Origin: an uncultured Chloroflexia bacterium
GTDB taxonomy: Bacteria; Chloroflexota; Limnocylindria; Limnocylindrales; CSP1-4
Assembly: GCA_963715085.1 (NCBI GenBank)
Contig: CAVQQU010000006.1
Span: 287,906-351,905, forward strand
DNA: 64,000 nucleotides
Direction: 5' to 3'
The notes beneath the pieces are model-generated. The model worked only from the letters and a program-made list of their open reading frames with translations, was not told where the DNA came from and did not search any database. Both the position numbers and the translations under genes were made by a program. This document shows, one piece after another, positions 61,448 to 64,000 of this stretch; position 1 is the first letter of the stretch, and each line of letters starts with the position of its first letter.

Positions 61448-62164
61448 TCAGCGCAGCGTCGCGAGGAAGCGAAAGACCGGCATCGCCGCCGCGTAGCCGT
61501 CGGCGAGCAGGTCCGGCAGCCCGGGCGAGCAGACCTCGGCGTCGGACAGCCGCCGCCCGAAGACGACGTCCTTCCAGCGGAACATGTCCGCCAGCGGGTG
61601 GTCCGGCGGGTAGCCCGGCGGGATCCGCTTGAAGGACTCGTGGGTCTCGCACGTCCTGCCGAACCAGGCGACGAAGCCCGGCTCCTCGATCGCCTCCCGC
61701 ACGCTGTCGGGCCGCTCGACGAGGGCCCGCCGCAGCGCGTCGAGGCGCGGCTTCTCGGCCCGCCACATCCCGCCGCCGGCGTACATCTCGCCCGGCTGGA
61801 AGTGGAAGTAGCCACCGTTTCCGTGGGCGCCGGCGTCGACCGACTCGCCTGCCCCGTCGGCCGCCGCGATCCACGGGAAGCTCGCCCCCACGTTCGTCTT
61901 GTAGGGCGACTTGTCCTTGCTGAAGCGGGTGTCCCGGTAGATCCGGAAGGGCGAGCGCTTCGGGTCGGCCTGCGAGCGGGATGCCCACGCGCGGCGAAGC
62001 GCTCGGCCGAGCGCCGCGCAGAGCGCCTCCAGCGGCTCCTTCAGCAGCCGCTCGTACTCGTCCTTGCGCGGCTGGAACCAGGCGCGGTCGTTGTTCGCGG
62101 CGAGGTCGGTCAGGAACTGGATCGCGCCGGGCGTGAAGCCGGCAAATGAGTGCGGAGCGGCCAT
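61448..62164 (-). CDS. DUF2461 (TIGR02453) family protein, intact
   Basis: 238-aa ORF: FTPGAIQFLTDLAANNDRAWFQPRKDEYERLLKEP...FRIYRDTRFSKDKSPYKTN...GGYFHFQPGEMYAGGGMW. GGAGG lies upstream. Confidence 0.8.
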   Translation of the reverse strand: MAAPHSFAGFTPGAIQFLTDLAANNDRAWFQPRKDEYERLLKEPLEALCAALGRALRRAWASRSQADPKRSPFRIYRDTRFSKDKSPYKTNVGASFPWIAAADGAGESVDAGAHGNGGYFHFQPGEMYAGGGMWRAEKPRLDALRRALVERPDSVREAIEEPGFVAWFGRTCETHESFKRIPPGYPPDHPLADMFRWKDVVFGRRLSDAEVCSPGLPDLLADGYAAAMPVFRFLATLR

Positions 62165-62300
62165 CGCGAACCTCCAACGGTCACAGCCGGCCGGGGCGCC
62201 GGCCAGGCTCGAGCCCGGTCCTCCCGGCCCAGCATGACGTTGCCGGCGACACGTCGTTGGCCCGGTTCAGGGAGCCGGCCGAGAGGGTTCGAAACCTCCG

Positions 62301-63101
62301 TCACGGGGCTGCGCGGAGCGTGAGGCCCGTGGCCCCGGCGTCGAGCCGGAGCATACCCGCCTCGATCGAGTACGGAACGTCGCCTGACAGCACCTCCGAG
62401 ACGAGCCGCTCGACCTCCGTGGCGTCCCCCTCGCAGGCCATCTTGGTGAGAGCGATCGGCCCGAAGGTCAGCGTCGCGTCGGTCGCGGATACCGCTCCCC
62501 CACCCCGATTGCACCCGGCCTCGACATCGACGCGCCCGGCCGAGAACGTCAGGGCAGCCACGACGCCGGCCGGCACGCTGGAGACCGCGTCACGCTCCAC
62601 GAGGCCGTCCACGACCCAGCGCGTGCCGATCAGGGGGCGGTCCGGGTCGGCGACCTCGCGGTCCAGCAGCGAGAGCCGGTCCCCGTCCTTCGCCAGCGTC
62701 AGCGTGTCTCCGGCCAGCCCGACGAGCGCCCCGTCAAGGAGCGCGGCCAGCCACTGGTCCTGTGCCATGAGCGCCGGCTCGCAGGCCATCTCGGTCGTCA
62801 TCATCTGCTCGACCGCCAACCGGTCGCCGTCGATGACGTAGGAGCCGCCCATCGAGTTGCAGCCGCCGCTCGCGCCCAGCCGGCCATCCACGAACGAGAG
62901 GCGCACGGTGGAGCCGGGAACGAGGAGGTGGCCGATCGCTGCTGTCGCCAGGAAGGTTCGGCCATCGAGGCCCTGGCCAAGCGGCCGATCCGGTGGGTCA
63001 CCGTCGGGAGACGTGCTGGCCGAGCCCCCGGCGCCGGCACCGGTGCAGGCCGCAAGGAGCAGGCTCGTGGAGATCCAGAGGGGAAGAAGTGTTCGTCGCA
63101 T
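62301..63101 (-). CDS. META-domain (HslJ-like) lipoprotein with two META repeats, intact
   Basis: ATG 63101 lies inside ORF 62301..63872: MRRTLLPLWISTSLLLAACTG (lipobox). Two repeats follow, GGCNSMGGSYVIDGDRLAV..MMTTEMAC and AGCNRGGGAVSATDATLTFGPIALTKMAC. Confidence 0.8.
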   Translation of the reverse strand: MRRTLLPLWISTSLLLAACTGAGAGGSASTSPDGDPPDRPLGQGLDGRTFLATAAIGHLLVPGSTVRLSFVDGRLGASGGCNSMGGSYVIDGDRLAVEQMMTTEMACEPALMAQDQWLAALLDGALVGLAGDTLTLAKDGDRLSLLDREVADPDRPLIGTRWVVDGLVERDAVSSVPAGVVAALTFSAGRVDVEAGCNRGGGAVSATDATLTFGPIALTKMACEGDATEVERLVSEVLSGDVPYSIEAGMLRLDAGATGLTLRAAP

Positions 63102-63242
63102 GGCACCCAGACGGGATCCGCTCCGGATGGGTTCCGCCGGGACTGCTCGGCCCGGGCGTGGTGCGCTAGCATCACCGAAACGACGGCTCGTCCGCTCGCC
63201 AACCACCCGGCCGTCAGCCGCCCACCGCGAGGGAGTCCTGCG

Positions 63243-64000
63243 ATGCCCACGATCATTCCGCGCTGGGAGTGGCGCGCCTTTGGGCAGCGCTTCGGGAGCG
63301 CCGACGCGGCGTTCGCGGCTCTGACGCCAACCGGGGTCCAGGAAAGCGACGAGCTCTACCTCCTGTCCGGGGCCGGCGACAACGTGAAGGTCCGCGCCGA
63401 CCTCATGGACATCAAGATCCTCGTCGAGGTGAACCCGGACGGCCTCGAGCAGTGGAGGCCGGTGATGAAGGCCGACTTCCCCCTGCCGGCCTCCGACGTG
63501 GCCACGGTCTTCGCGTCTCTTCGCCTGCCCACGCCTCCGCTCGACCGGGAGGCGTACACCCTCGACCAGTTCGTCGCCGAGCTCGCGGGACCGAGCGGCC
63601 GGATGCGTGCCGTGAACGTCCACAAGCGCCGAGTCCGCTACGTGGTGGGCGGCTGCACGGCCGAAGTCTCCGAGGTGGTGGCGGACGGTCGGCCGACGCG
63701 AACGGTCGCGATCGAGTCCGAGGACGCCGCAGCCGTTGTCGCCGCGGTCCGGTCGGTGGGCCTGGGCGGCTTCGTCAACACGAGCTACCCGCGGGGCCTG
63801 GCGGCGCTCGTCGAGGATGAGCCGGCCCGCTATGCGGTGATCGACGTGGGAACGAACTCCGTCAAGTTCCACGTGGGCGAGCGGGCCGCGGGCGGAACCT
63901 GGCGCGCGATCGTCGACCGGGCCGAGCTGACGCGGCTCGGCGAAGGGCTCGAGGAGCGCGGGACGATCAGCGCCGAGGCACTCGAGCGCACGGCTCTCGC
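63243..64000 (+). CDS. CYTH-like N-terminal domain fused to a Ppx/GppA-family phosphatase; 3' end outside the window
   Basis: Absent from the ORF track (open-ended). My translation from ATG 63243 (after GGGAG) has no stops. It reads MPTIIPRWEWRAFGQRF...DELYLLS...VKVRADLMDIKILVEV...VHKRRVRYVVGGCTAEVSEVVADGRPTRTVAIESED. Then comes RYAVIDVGTNSVKFHVGE...RLGEGL, the Ppx/GppA N-terminal ASKHA motif. Confidence 0.65.
   Translation, partial: MPTIIPRWEWRAFGQRFGSADAAFAALTPTGVQESDELYLLSGAGDNVKVRADLMDIKILVEVNPDGLEQWRPVMKADFPLPASDVATVFASLRLPTPPLDREAYTLDQFVAELAGPSGRMRAVNVHKRRVRYVVGGCTAEVSEVVADGRPTRTVAIESEDAAAVVAAVRSVGLGGFVNTSYPRGLAALVEDEPARYAVIDVGTNSVKFHVGERAAGGTWRAIVDRAELTRLGEGLEERGTISAEALERTAL

Noticed and set aside
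1-64000. Genome-wide reductive evolution (true pseudogenisation) as the explanation for the broken genes.
   Set aside because: I rejected this provisionally. Essential single-copy genes (thrS, pheST, recA, infC, rpmI) are hit as often as accessory ones. The lesions in conserved genes are frame shifts rather than nonsense or missense decay. Gene junction overlaps are also preserved. This needs read-level confirmation.

Overview
Very GC-rich (about 70% by eye) bacterial chromosomal window, densely packed and mostly housekeeping. I found no CRISPR array, rRNA, intact mobile element or recognisable novel multi-gene system.

Gene content in order:
- pxpCBA, two RNA/SAM methyltransferases, and an orphan peptide-binding protein coupled to a membrane HExxH peptidase.
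- Two DUF881 genes, then DUF951-MFS-asparaginase.
- A secreted MBL hydrolase, integrase and IS256-type remnants, and tRNA-Val(GAC).
- A T-box leader followed by thrS-infC-rpmI-rplT-pheS-pheT.
- cvpA-mpg-mutS2 convergent with a class A PBP, then tyrS-tdk.
- A his cluster: yerC-like regulator, hisG, hisC, hisB, hisH, hisF, hisIE, with hisA divergent and no hisD.
- An EF-G paralogue, yebC-ruvCAB-tgt, and recA-(small ORF)-recX.
- rny-ymdB-PHP-miaB-miaA, a GyrI-like gene, hflX and a DUF402 gene.
- A small island with three PIN toxin modules.
- An arylamine N-acetyltransferase homologue lacking the catalytic Cys, then ArsR-SRPBCC-hydrolase.
- Uncharacterised lipoproteins, DUF2461, a META lipoprotein, and a CYTH-like/Ppx-GppA fusion running off the 3' edge.

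The gene set and synteny (T-box on thrS, MutS2, RNase Y with YmdB, YerC) resemble Bacillota or Chloroflexota-type Terrabacteria rather than classical Actinomycetes. That lineage reading is inference only.

Main caveat: most long genes, including essential ones, are broken by repeated +1/-1 frame changes, while the residues on both sides remain family-typical. Many long ORFs in the supplied track are therefore frame chimeras or GC-driven shadow ORFs. I rebuilt genes by reading across frames, so many boundaries are approximate. Consensus indel error is the most likely cause, but I cannot prove it from the sequence alone.

The items most worth a second look are the thrS T-box, the unusual his-cluster layout with its YerC-like regulator, the PIN cluster, the Cys-less NAT, the His-less EF-G paralogue, the recurrent leaderless-type promoter geometry and the CYTH-like/Ppx fusion.
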